From positions 41,375-105,374 of IMG/VR virus record IMGVR_UViG_3300043775_002158: a stretch of DNA of 64,000 nt. One strand, written 5' to 3'. A program made the position numbers and the translations under genes. Each line of letters opens with the position of its first letter. Positions within the stretch are counted from its first letter, which is position 1. The notes below the pieces were generated by a model. The model ran no database searches, was not told where the DNA came from, and saw only the letters and a list, made by a program, of their open reading frames with translations. Positions 17,730 through 26,535 of this stretch are shown here, one piece after another. Source of the DNA: a virus.

Positions 17730-17909
17730 ATGGAAAAATTTTATAGAACATATGACGATAGAGTCTTTTTTGGTATTTGTAGCGGTTTGGGGGTTAGAAC
17801 CAATATCGATCCTTTAGTTTGGAGATTATTGTTTTTTTTCTTAATTTTTTCACCGGTACCAATAATAACAGGTTATTTATTAACTACAATTTTAACTAAA
17901 AGTGTATGA
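17730..17909 (+). CDS. pspC: PspC-domain membrane protein (start reassigned to MEKFYR)
   Basis: FYRTYDDRVFFGICSGLG..NIDPLVWRLLF; GTATTTATA just upstream. Confidence 0.85.
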   Translation: MEKFYRTYDDRVFFGICSGLGVRTNIDPLVWRLLFFFLIFSPVPIITGYLLTTILTKSV

Positions 17910-18733
17910 AAAAATTTTTATTAATCGTCGGTTTAATTTTAATTTTAACGTTATTTGTTTCAATAATGTTAAACGCTCAAGTAAGTTCTTGGAGAAATAA
18001 TTCACAACAAAGAACAACCGCACCAAGAATTCAACCATCAACTCCACAAAGAAATGACGTTAGTCGATGGAGAACACAAACAGAACCAATTAGACCAGGT
18101 CAACCTATTCCAAATAGACCTTTAGTGAGAAGATGGAGAGGTGGGGGTGTAAATCCATATGGATTAATGTGGGGAAATTGGGGGTGGTATCAACCATACC
18201 CATATATTTGGTACGATGATTATGGATGGAGACATAGAAGTGTAGTTCGTGTTTATGAAAATGGAAAAAGAGATACTGTTAAAAAGGAAACATATTATAC
18301 TTTAGGTATTGGACATACAAATAACAATCAAGCTTCTTTTTGGGGTGCTGTAGGTGGTAATAAAGGATACTTTATTGTTGATTACGTTATGACCTATGAA
18401 ATTGATCGCAACCAATATTTTCCAAATGGTAAAATTAATGAAGTTGATTTTCCGTTAAGTAAAAATGACTTTTTAAAAGAGGGTACATTATATCTTGGTG
18501 GAGGTAAGAGATTCGGTAAATTAGGTGTCCATGGAATGGTTGGATTTGGAAATGAAATTATTAGATACCAAGGTAAAGATGATTTAGGTGGTATTTCATT
18601 TCCTAAATCAAATTCAAATTTTACAACATTTAAATTTGGTATTATAAGAGATTTCAAATTCTTCACATTAAAGTTAGATAGAGACCCAATAAGAAATTAC
18701 AATCAAATATCAATTGGATTGAATAATAAGTAA
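17906..18733 (+). CDS. exported protein: Arg/Pro/Trp-rich N-region plus probable small beta-barrel
   Basis: Signal peptide; amphipathic strands ending QISIGLN. Confidence 0.6.
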   Translation: MKKFLLIVGLILILTLFVSIMLNAQVSSWRNNSQQRTTAPRIQPSTPQRNDVSRWRTQTEPIRPGQPIPNRPLVRRWRGGGVNPYGLMWGNWGWYQPYPYIWYDDYGWRHRSVVRVYENGKRDTVKKETYYTLGIGHTNNNQASFWGAVGGNKGYFIVDYVMTYEIDRNQYFPNGKINEVDFPLSKNDFLKEGTLYLGGGKRFGKLGVHGMVGFGNEIIRYQGKDDLGGISFPKSNSNFTTFKFGIIRDFKFFTLKLDRDPIRNYNQISIGLNNK

Positions 18734-20181
18734 TGAAAAAAAATCTAATTGTTTTATTAATTTTATGTTTCATAGGTTTTAAATCATATGGACAAACATT
18801 TACACAAACATTTATTGATAAATGTACAGGTGAAGTTAAAGTTGCAACAACAACTTATATAAGTGGTAATGCATTTGTATCTTTTTATAATCAAAGTAAA
18901 ACATTCACACCTTTAGAAGTCCAAACAGGACAATTACAATTATGGTTACAAACAACTTACGCAACATATAACTCGATGGCCTGTCCAACAAATCAGGTAG
19001 TTCAACAAACAATACAAAATACAGTTACACAGGCGGCGGCAACCGCAGCAAGTAATGCAGCATCTTCGGCGGCAAGTAATGCGGCATCTTCAGCTGCAAG
19101 TAATGCGGCAAGTTCATCGGCATCAACTGCGGCGAGTTCGTCGGCATCAACTGCTGCGAGTTCGTCGGCATCAAGTAGTTCCGCCGCAACATCAAGTTCA
19201 AGTACAACAACATCATCTAGTAGTTCATCTTCATCTAGTAGTTCATCTTCATCTAGTAGTTCATCTTCATCTTCTGAATCAAAGACTGAGAGTAGTTCTT
19301 CATCATCGGAATCAAAATCTGAAACAAAGAGTGAATCAAAATCTGAAAGTAAATCAGAAGAAAAAAAATCAGAAAGTAAATCAGAAGAAAAAAAAGAAGA
19401 GAAAAAGTCAGAGGAAAAGAAAGAGGAAAAGAAAGAGGAAAAGAAAGAGGAAAAGAAAGAGGAGAAGAAGAAGGAAGAAAAAAAAGATAAAAAGGAAGAT
19501 AAGAAAGAAAAAAAGAAAGGAGGAGTATTAAATCCGATGTTAATTGCCTCAGATTATACTGTTGCTCAAAATGCGGATAAAAGTTTTGGTTCTATGTTAG
19601 GGTTGGGTTGGAGTAAATCATCATTAATGGGTGACGAATCTTTTTCAGCAAATGCAATTATATGGAGTAACCTAAAACAATTTGCGTTAGGTGGTGGATA
19701 TACCAAAATGGACTTTAGTGGTGGTAAATTAAATGCCATACATTCTTATGGTGTAACAACCGCATATTTGAATGGTAATTATATGGGTTTACTTGGTTAT
19801 ACTTACATTAAACCACATCCTAAATTTGGAACTTACGGATACAATATAGGTGTTGTAAATTTATTCATTAAAGATGAAAAAGGTAAATTTAATTATAGTG
19901 TTGTAAGTTCAGCTGTTGCATTTTGGACTAAACCATATTCATATTCAAAGAAACTTTCAATATCACCTCAATTATTTGTTATGTCTTCACCATTATCTTA
20001 TAATACAGTTACGGGAGTAAGTATGGTTAATAGACACGCAGGATATTTGGTTGGAGGTTCGTTTGATTATAAATTAAGTAAAAGATTTGGGTTTACTTTT
20101 AATTATAGAATGAACGGATCAACTCAACCATATAGTCCTATTTTACATAACTTCTTGATTGGTAGTAGAATGACATTATAA
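18733..20181 (+). CDS. exported protein: N-domain, Ala/Ser and Lys/Glu low-complexity stalk, probable C-terminal beta-barrel
   Basis: Signal peptide; (A/S)n then (KKEE)n; C-terminal strands ending FLIGSRMTL. Confidence 0.7.
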   Translation: MKKNLIVLLILCFIGFKSYGQTFTQTFIDKCTGEVKVATTTYISGNAFVSFYNQSKTFTPLEVQTGQLQLWLQTTYATYNSMACPTNQVVQQTIQNTVTQAAATAASNAASSAASNAASSAASNAASSSASTAASSSASTAASSSASSSSAATSSSSTTTSSSSSSSSSSSSSSSSSSSSSESKTESSSSSSESKSETKSESKSESKSEEKKSESKSEEKKEEKKSEEKKEEKKEEKKEEKKEEKKKEEKKDKKEDKKEKKKGGVLNPMLIASDYTVAQNADKSFGSMLGLGWSKSSLMGDESFSANAIIWSNLKQFALGGGYTKMDFSGGKLNAIHSYGVTTAYLNGNYMGLLGYTYIKPHPKFGTYGYNIGVVNLFIKDEKGKFNYSVVSSAVAFWTKPYSYSKKLSISPQLFVMSSPLSYNTVTGVSMVNRHAGYLVGGSFDYKLSKRFGFTFNYRMNGSTQPYSPILHNFLIGSRMTL

Positions 20182-20211
20182 AAAAATCCCCGAAGTATAA
20201 ACCACGGGGAT
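20180..20211 (-). terminator. intrinsic terminator between convergent genes
   Basis: ATCCCCG/CGGGGAT hairpin with U tract on the minus strand. Confidence 0.65.
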
Positions 20212-20268
20212 ATGACAAAAAATAAATGTACCTCTCTCCTGATACAATATAAATTTATTAAAGTTTTT

Positions 20269-20607
20269 TTATAAAGTCAATTCTTTATGAAGATTTAATA
20301 CCTGACTACAAATTTCATAATCTTCGTTTTCTTCAAAGTAAGGTAATATGTCTCTTTTTAAAACAATCGTTTCACTACGATGAAATTCAAATTCAGTATT
20401 CCAATCCGCATCTTTAAACTTAGCTGAAAGTTTTAAAACTAAAGATTTTTTTCTTGTATTTTTAAACTCTTCAAAAATTTCAATTATTGATTTATAAATG
20501 TCTTCTTTGTTTGGTTCATAAAAACTTTTCCAATCCTTATATACTCCATTGATTATCAATTCTTTATAAGGTTTTTTTCTTCTTTTTGGTTGGTCCAAAT
20601 TTTCCAT
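20269..20607 (-). CDS. hypothetical protein with C-terminal UVR-like motif
   Basis: YFEENEDYEICSQVLNL. Confidence 0.65.
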   Translation of the reverse strand: MENLDQPKRRKKPYKELIINGVYKDWKSFYEPNKEDIYKSIIEIFEEFKNTRKKSLVLKLSAKFKDADWNTEFEFHRSETIVLKRDILPYFEENEDYEICSQVLNLHKELTL

Positions 20608-20672
20608 GTAAGTAAGTGTTTAGTTTGTTTAGTAATTATGTAAAAGTAATGATTTTTTTGAATAACCAAAAA

Positions 20673-21161
20673 TTATTCGTCACCAATTGTACGATCCCAT
20701 TTTGCTTTACGTTCTTCGGGGGATAACATGTGTATTTCACTAATAGTGTGGTTAATTTGAACTCTTACACAAGTTTGGGGTAATTTACAATTCATCAAAT
20801 AATTATTAATATAACCCATCATATTTGCCGCACCAATAGGGTTTGCTGAATGTACATATATCTGAGGTAATGGTATTTTTTCATTCATACTTTCACTAAC
20901 CAAATAACGGCAACAATCCATACCTGTCCTTTCATTAATGTTGTTGTAATCCAACATATAATTATTTTTTACATTTGTATAATACTCAACCATCGCACCT
21001 TCACCTAAATCATGATCTAAGGATATTAATTCAAATGTACCTAATCCATGTAATTTTATTTGTGCAACAAATTCGTCATAGTTTCTTACAACAATCCAAT
21101 CTTCATCTACGGGAGTTCTTATATCGTCAAGGTATAATCTTAATCTTTTATTAATTTTCAT
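20673..21161 (-). CDS. cyclic-phosphate-processing receiver-like domain protein
   Basis: LYLDDIRTP, ISLDHDLG, TGMDC, VHSANPIG; adjacent to RNA ligase. Confidence 0.75.
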   Translation of the reverse strand: MKINKRLRLYLDDIRTPVDEDWIVVRNYDEFVAQIKLHGLGTFELISLDHDLGEGAMVEYYTNVKNNYMLDYNNINERTGMDCCRYLVSESMNEKIPLPQIYVHSANPIGAANMMGYINNYLMNCKLPQTCVRVQINHTISEIHMLSPEERKAKWDRTIGDE

Positions 21162-22221
21162 CTTTTTTAAATGGTTTTGAATATTTTGGCTTAATTAATT
21201 TCCAAATTATTTCGTCTACTTTCGAATTATTATTATCCCACATTGCAAACATTATTGGATGTAAAACTTTTTGTTGTTTCATTACAAATTCCGCAAATTC
21301 TTTTTTGGATGGTTCGGGGTCTCTATCACCAAATTTTCCATACCTAAAACCATCGTGTAATTTTCCTGCGGTCTCTCTTAATTGAAAACATGAATACCTT
21401 AAATCACTAATTGTTTTTTTAACCCAATCATTAAATTCATCTGGAACTTTTTCAAGTAGTTCATCAAATGGTTTATTATCTTTTAGATATTCCCATATAT
21501 CTTGATTAGATATGTTTGTTAAAATTTTATGAAGACGTTTATATTCTTCACCTTTGATTTTCATACGAAAACCATTCTTAAATTTAATTACATATCCTTC
21601 TCTATCTTTACTTATTTCTTCTTTAAGTAAATCATACGATTCACCCCAAGTCTTGTATGTCATAACAACTTCAAATCCAGAATCTTGTGTCCAAAACAAA
21701 CTACTATCAGGTATTTCTTCACCTGTTTCTGTATGAATGGCACCAAGAACAACTAATTTTTCTTCACCTTTATAATCAACAACAATTCTATTTTCAGGAT
21801 AAATTATTTCAAACAAATATGTGTTATCTTTTCTCCACGATCCAATATCGTGTCTATCAAGAATTTCTTTTCCTTTGATAGCTTGTGGTGAGGTAAATGA
21901 CCCACGAGTTGCCATTATCCATTCACCTTCATAATTAAAAAGAATACCTAATGAACCATCCATCTTTTCGTAAACAACATAATCTTCATTAGGAATATCT
22001 TCTGGTTTATGTTCTTCGTAATTAAAAAATTTCTTAAATGGTCTTGCAACAATGTCACCTTTTGAATTGATAACCAACCCACGACATTGTAAAGTAATAT
22101 CATCCCACAATCTTTCGTATTGAACTTTTGGTGAATAGTTCCATATAGTCAAATCTTTCGTAGGATGTGTTTGTTTGTGTAACAAACCATCATTATAATA
22201 TTTTTCTAATATGTCTAACAT
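21151..22221 (-). CDS. T4 Rnl1-like RNA ligase
   Basis: CRGLV, RPFKKFFN, EKMDGSLG (motif I), FEII, EGYV, KIK. Confidence 0.9.
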   Translation of the reverse strand: MLDILEKYYNDGLLHKQTHPTKDLTIWNYSPKVQYERLWDDITLQCRGLVINSKGDIVARPFKKFFNYEEHKPEDIPNEDYVVYEKMDGSLGILFNYEGEWIMATRGSFTSPQAIKGKEILDRHDIGSWRKDNTYLFEIIYPENRIVVDYKGEEKLVVLGAIHTETGEEIPDSSLFWTQDSGFEVVMTYKTWGESYDLLKEEISKDREGYVIKFKNGFRMKIKGEEYKRLHKILTNISNQDIWEYLKDNKPFDELLEKVPDEFNDWVKKTISDLRYSCFQLRETAGKLHDGFRYGKFGDRDPEPSKKEFAEFVMKQQKVLHPIMFAMWDNNNSKVDEIIWKLIKPKYSKPFKKDEN

Positions 22222-22224
22222 AAA

Positions 22225-22467
22225 TTAGTTTAATCTTTTGTGGAAACCGATGTTGTAGGTATGTTTTAACCAATTGAGTGACAAATATATACCACATATT
22301 TTGTTTTTCCAAATAGAAACGTGAGCATCGGGAAAACAAGTTTCAAAATAAAAATAAATAAAAGGTAAAGGATATAATGACCATTGGTTTTTTTGTAAGT
22401 TAGCGTGGAATTTCATCTTTGGTTTTGGATTTACGGACTCAAAAAACGAAATAATAAATTCACTCAT
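22225..22467 (-). CDS. hypothetical protein
   Basis: 80-aa ORF coupled to the upstream kinase. Confidence 0.55.
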   Translation of the reverse strand: MSEFIISFFESVNPKPKMKFHANLQKNQWSLYPLPFIYFYFETCFPDAHVSIWKNKICGIYLSLNWLKHTYNIGFHKRLN

Positions 22468-22895
22468 TAAAGTTTAATTTGAAATCTATTTTTCATTTGT
22501 TGAAGTTTATCTTCGGGAACTCCATGAACATTTTCATTCCCGTGTCTATTTTCAACAATTACAGTATGAACTCTGTAATTATATCTTTCTGCCATTTTAA
22601 AATACTCATCCATTTCCCATTCTTGAGTAAACGTATTTGCAACAACTATTCTTGCTCTTTGTTGTCTCATTCTTTCTGAACATCTAAATTGACAATAGTT
22701 ATGTGCTTCCTTTAATTTAGTCGGATCAAAATTGTAATCACCTTCTTTATCTTCAAAAAAATCATCAGCAGATAAAACTTCAGGTTCATCCGTACTTCTA
22801 AGTTGTAATATAATCTTTGCTAATGTTGATTTACCCGAACCTGGTAAACCTCGTAATAATATTAATTCGCCCTGTGTTTCGTTTACACTATCCAT
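22467..22895 (-). CDS. P-loop polynucleotide-kinase-like protein (AAA_33/N4BP2-like)
   Basis: LRGLPGSGKST, SADDFF, VANTF, NVHGVP. Confidence 0.88.
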   Translation of the reverse strand: MDSVNETQGELILLRGLPGSGKSTLAKIILQLRSTDEPEVLSADDFFEDKEGDYNFDPTKLKEAHNYCQFRCSERMRQQRARIVVANTFTQEWEMDEYFKMAERYNYRVHTVIVENRHGNENVHGVPEDKLQQMKNRFQIKL

Positions 22896-22948
22896 ATGAG
22901 AGATTTAGGATTAAAGAATTGGGGTCGGAATAAACCAACCCCGATTTC

Positions 22949-23158
22949 TTATTTTACTTCTTCAACAGTAGAATGAGAATCACCCTTACCGTTTTCATCT
23001 TGTACTCCACCACCTGCACCACCTTGAACAGGTGCTGATGTTGAATCTACTAAAGGAGCCGCTGTTGAGTCAGTTGTTTGAGTTGCGGTTGACCCTGAAC
23101 CACATGCTGCTAGTGTTAATACAACACCAAGAGCTAAAATAAATGTTACTTTTTTCAT
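22949..23158 (-). CDS. small Bacteroidota-style lipoprotein (start reassigned to MKKVTF)
   Basis: Lipobox LAA-C; two DST sequons in a low-complexity tail. Confidence 0.8.
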   Translation of the reverse strand: MKKVTFILALGVVLTLAACGSGSTATQTTDSTAAPLVDSTSAPVQGGAGGGVQDENGKGDSHSTVEEVK

Positions 23159-23201
23159 ATATAGTAAATATACGAAATTTAAATTAGAAAACCAAATCCA
23201 A

Positions 23202-23304
23202 TAAAAAAACCCCAACGAGATGTCGGGGTTTAAGGTCTTTGGGTGGGTTCAACCCCACTTACTTTTGAAAAAACGAAAAGGTAATCGACAAAGAGAACCT
23301 ATAG
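23202..23304 (-). ncRNA. candidate ~100-nt small RNA
   Basis: TATTTATA at 23315-23308; closing stem AGGT..CTTTG/CAAAG.ACCT, inner GTGGG/CCCAC hairpin, terminator AAACCCCGAC/GTTGGGGTTT plus U tract. Confidence 0.4.
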
Positions 23305-23348
23305 TGATATAAATATATATAACTTTAGTAAAAAGTCAACTATTTATA

Positions 23349-25361
23349 TTATTTTTTTGAAATTAATAAATTTTCGTCCTTATATTTCAAAGTATACTGT
23401 ACATTTTCTAAAATATTACCTTTTAAAATTTCTTCACTTAAGAAATCTTCACAAAGATTTTGTATGATACGTTTTAACGGACGTGCACCATATTCTTCTT
23501 GTGAATTTAATTCGTAAATTCTATTAATAACAGTTTTATCAAAATTAATTTTGTAATTCTTTTCAACTAAACGTTTATTTAATTTACTCATTTCAATTCC
23601 AATAATTTTTCTTAATGTTTCATCATTTAATGCGTTGAATAAGATAATATCATCAATACGATTTAAAAATTCAGGATTGAATTGTTGTTTTAACGCCTTT
23701 TGAATCATTGTCTTTCTAACTTCATATTGTTGTTCTTCACTTGAAGATGTTTTAAATCCAACACCTCCACCTAAATCAGATACACGTTTGGCTCCTACGT
23801 TAGAAGTCATGATAACAATGGTATTTGTGAAATTAATTTTTCTACCAAATGAATCTGTTAAATGTCCTTCATCTAAAATTTGAAGCAGGATATTGAATAC
23901 ATCCTTATGGGCCTTCTCAATCTCATCAAATAAAACAACAGAGAATGGGTTATTTTTAATCTTCTCAGTCAACTGACCTCCTTCATCATAACCAACATAA
24001 CCTGGAGGTGAACCGATTAATTTAGATACATTATGTTTCTCCATATATTCACTCATATCAACACGAATGATTTTATCGGGATCTCCAAATAATGTTTCGG
24101 CAATTGATTTAGCAAGATATGTTTTACCAACACCCGTTGATCCGATAAAGATAAATGAACCAATTGGTTTGTTTGCTTCTTTAATACCAACACGATTTCT
24201 TCTAATTGCCTTAGAGATAGTTTTAACCGCCTCGTCTTGACCAATTACTTTAGAAGTTAATGTTTCTTCTAATTGTAATAATTTTTTAGTTTCTTTCGTA
24301 TCAAGTTTAGTAATAGGAACTCCCGTCATATCACTAATAATGTCATAAACATCATCTAACGAAACGGGTGTTTTATTATCTTTTTGTTTTTCTGTCCATT
24401 TTAATTTTTCATCTTCCAGTTTTGTTGTTACTTTTCTTTCTTCATCACGAAGTTTTGCCGCTTGTTCGTAATTTTGATTTTTTACAACTTGGACTTTCTT
24501 TTCTTTAATAACGTCAATTTCCTTTTTTAATTTTTCAATTACTTCAGGAATTTTAGATGATACTCTTTTTTCAGAACCTAATTCATCTAATACATCAATT
24601 GCCTTATCAGGAAATTGTCTATCAGTAATATAACGTCCTGAAAGTTTAACAATAGTTTCTAATACACCATCTTCGTAACTTACTTTATGAAAGTCTTGGT
24701 ATGATGTTGTTAAGTTTTTAAGAATTTCTAATGTTTCCTCTTCAGTTGGTTCTTGTAAAACTATTTTTTGAAAACGACGAACTAATGCAGCATCTTTTTC
24801 AATGTGTTTTTTAAATTCATCAAATGTTGTTGCACCAATACATTGTAATTCTCCACGTGCTAATGCGGGTTTCAAAATATTTGCGGCGTCCATCGCACCA
24901 CTTGCATTTCCCGCACCAACCATAGTATGTAATTCATCAATAAAGATAATTACGTTTGGTGCTTCTTGTAATTCGTTAATAATTGCTTTAATTCTTTCTT
25001 CAAATTGACCACGATATTTTGTGCCGGCAACTAATGAAGTTAAATCTAAAGACATAATACGTTTGTCTAAAAGATTTGAAGGACAATCTCCTTTATAAAT
25101 CATTAATGCTAATTTCTCAACTAGTGCTGATTTACCCACACCAGCTTCACCAACAATTACTGCGTTGTTTTTCTTTTTACGAGAAAGAATTTGAGCAATT
25201 CTTTTTACCTCTTTATCCCTACCAATTACAGGATCAATTTTACCCTCTTCAGCCATCTTAATAAGATCACGTGAGAAATTGTCTAAGATTGGTGTATTTG
25301 ACCCTTTTCTAACCTTCTTGGGGTTTGTGGTTGGTCCGTCCTCAAAAAAATCTACTGACAT
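23349..25361 (-). CDS. clpC: ClpC-like Hsp100 AAA+ ATPase lacking the N-terminal repeat domain
   Basis: Two Walker A motifs ([16 protein letters not shown]), UVR-like M-domain [10 protein letters not shown], ClpP-docking GVGF loop. Confidence 0.92.
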   Translation of the reverse strand: MSVDFFEDGPTTNPKKVRKGSNTPILDNFSRDLIKMAEEGKIDPVIGRDKEVKRIAQILSRKKKNNAVIVGEAGVGKSALVEKLALMIYKGDCPSNLLDKRIMSLDLTSLVAGTKYRGQFEERIKAIINELQEAPNVIIFIDELHTMVGAGNASGAMDAANILKPALARGELQCIGATTFDEFKKHIEKDAALVRRFQKIVLQEPTEEETLEILKNLTTSYQDFHKVSYEDGVLETIVKLSGRYITDRQFPDKAIDVLDELGSEKRVSSKIPEVIEKLKKEIDVIKEKKVQVVKNQNYEQAAKLRDEERKVTTKLEDEKLKWTEKQKDNKTPVSLDDVYDIISDMTGVPITKLDTKETKKLLQLEETLTSKVIGQDEAVKTISKAIRRNRVGIKEANKPIGSFIFIGSTGVGKTYLAKSIAETLFGDPDKIIRVDMSEYMEKHNVSKLIGSPPGYVGYDEGGQLTEKIKNNPFSVVLFDEIEKAHKDVFNILLQILDEGHLTDSFGRKINFTNTIVIMTSNVGAKRVSDLGGGVGFKTSSSEEQQYEVRKTMIQKALKQQFNPEFLNRIDDIILFNALNDETLRKIIGIEMSKLNKRLVEKNYKINFDKTVINRIYELNSQEEYGARPLKRIIQNLCEDFLSEEILKGNILENVQYTLKYKDENLLISKK

Positions 25362-25384
25362 AATAATAAGTTTAGTTTACAGTA

Positions 25385-25415
25385 CAAACATAACATAAAT
25401 CGAACTAAAAACAAA
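25385..25415 (-). promoter_or_regulatory. Bacteroidota sigma-A promoter TTTG-N19-TATGTTTG for clpC
   Basis: Consensus and spacing match. Confidence 0.7.
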
Positions 25416-25539
25416 ACGGATGTGTATAAATTTATTTTAATGACAAGTTGTCAATAAAAATTATAAAACTATGTCAAGTTGTCTAAATCTATGTGTTGGC
25501 AAAAATTTTGATGATATAAGGGTATAAAAACAATATATT

Positions 25540-25896
25540 ATGATAACATTATTTAAAGACCCATTTTTTAGAGGAATAGATACGAAGGGATTTCTATCTA
25601 CTCCTGAAACTAACATCGAAAAAGATGATTTGGGATACACAGTATCCATAAGTGTTCCTGGTTTAACAAAGGAAGATCTTAAAATTTCCGTTAAAGAAGG
25701 AGTATTAAAAATTACCTATCAAAAAGAAGAAGGTGATATTACAAGACATTTTATTGGAAGTTTTGTGAAATCATACAATATTCCAGAAGATGTTAAAGAA
25801 AAAGATATCGAGGGTAAGGTGGAAAACGGAGTTCTAACTATTTCATTACCAATTGATAAGAAGAAAAGTTTAGAAAGATTAATTTCTTTGAACTAA
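25540..25896 (+). CDS. small heat-shock protein (Hsp20)
   Basis: VPGLTKEDLKISVKEGVL, FVKSYNIP, ENGVLTISLP. Confidence 0.93.
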   Translation: MITLFKDPFFRGIDTKGFLSTPETNIEKDDLGYTVSISVPGLTKEDLKISVKEGVLKITYQKEEGDITRHFIGSFVKSYNIPEDVKEKDIEGKVENGVLTISLPIDKKKSLERLISLN

Positions 25897-25964
25897 AATA
25901 TTTCCTCTAAAATTTTTTTTTACGAATATATTTTTGTAGATTTATAATATAAAATTTATACACC

Positions 25965-26216
25965 ATGTCAGTAAAAAAAGAAAAAATCAACGGTAAGATG
26001 ATTGAAGTATCAATCAAATCAACAAGTTTAAACAAAGCAACTTACGATGCTTTAAAAGAAAACTTGAGAGTATCTTTCGTAAATGGTAGCATTTACGAAT
26101 ACCAAGGAGTTCCATCTAAAACTTTTACACAGTTTAGATTGGCTAAGTCACAAGGTAAGTTCTTAAACGAGAGTATCGTTAAAGCTTACAAATACAAAAA
26201 AGTTAGAACTATCTAA
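25965..26216 (+). CDS. KTSC domain protein
   Basis: STSLNKATYD...FVNGSIYEYQGVP...AKSQGKFLN. Confidence 0.9.
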   Translation: MSVKKEKINGKMIEVSIKSTSLNKATYDALKENLRVSFVNGSIYEYQGVPSKTFTQFRLAKSQGKFLNESIVKAYKYKKVRTI

Positions 26217-26225
26217 TTAAACTTA

Positions 26226-26254
26226 AACCCCTCTAAATGAGGGGTTTATTTTTT
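26226..26254 (+). terminator. intrinsic terminator
   Basis: AAACCCCTC-taaat-GAGGGGTTT plus U-rich tail. Confidence 0.7.
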
Positions 26255-26289
26255 GATATTTATTATCTATAATCTATAAAACATACATT

Positions 26290-26535
26290 ATGGGAATAAT
26301 ATCAGAAAAAATTGATGGTAAACTTATTACTGTCATTGTACAATCATCCAATCTTAAAGAAGCCACTTACAATACCGAAACTGAAGATTTGACCATTATA
26401 TTCAATAACGGAAGTATTTATGAGTATAATAAAGTCCCTTGGTCTAAGTTCACCAAATTTAGGTTAGCCGAATCACAAGGAAAACACTTTAACGAAAACA
26501 TCGCTAAAGTACATAAGTACACAAAAAAAGGATGA
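26290..26535 (+). CDS. KTSC domain protein (tandem paralog)
   Basis: SSNLKEATYN...FNNGSIYEYNKVP...AESQGKHFN. Confidence 0.9.
   Translation: MGIISEKIDGKLITVIVQSSNLKEATYNTETEDLTIIFNNGSIYEYNKVPWSKFTKFRLAESQGKHFNENIAKVHKYTKKG

Noticed and set aside
19025-19531. Alternative-frame ORFs (Arg/Gln/His-rich and Met/Pro/Leu-rich)
   Set aside because: Shadows of the low-complexity stalk of 18733..20181
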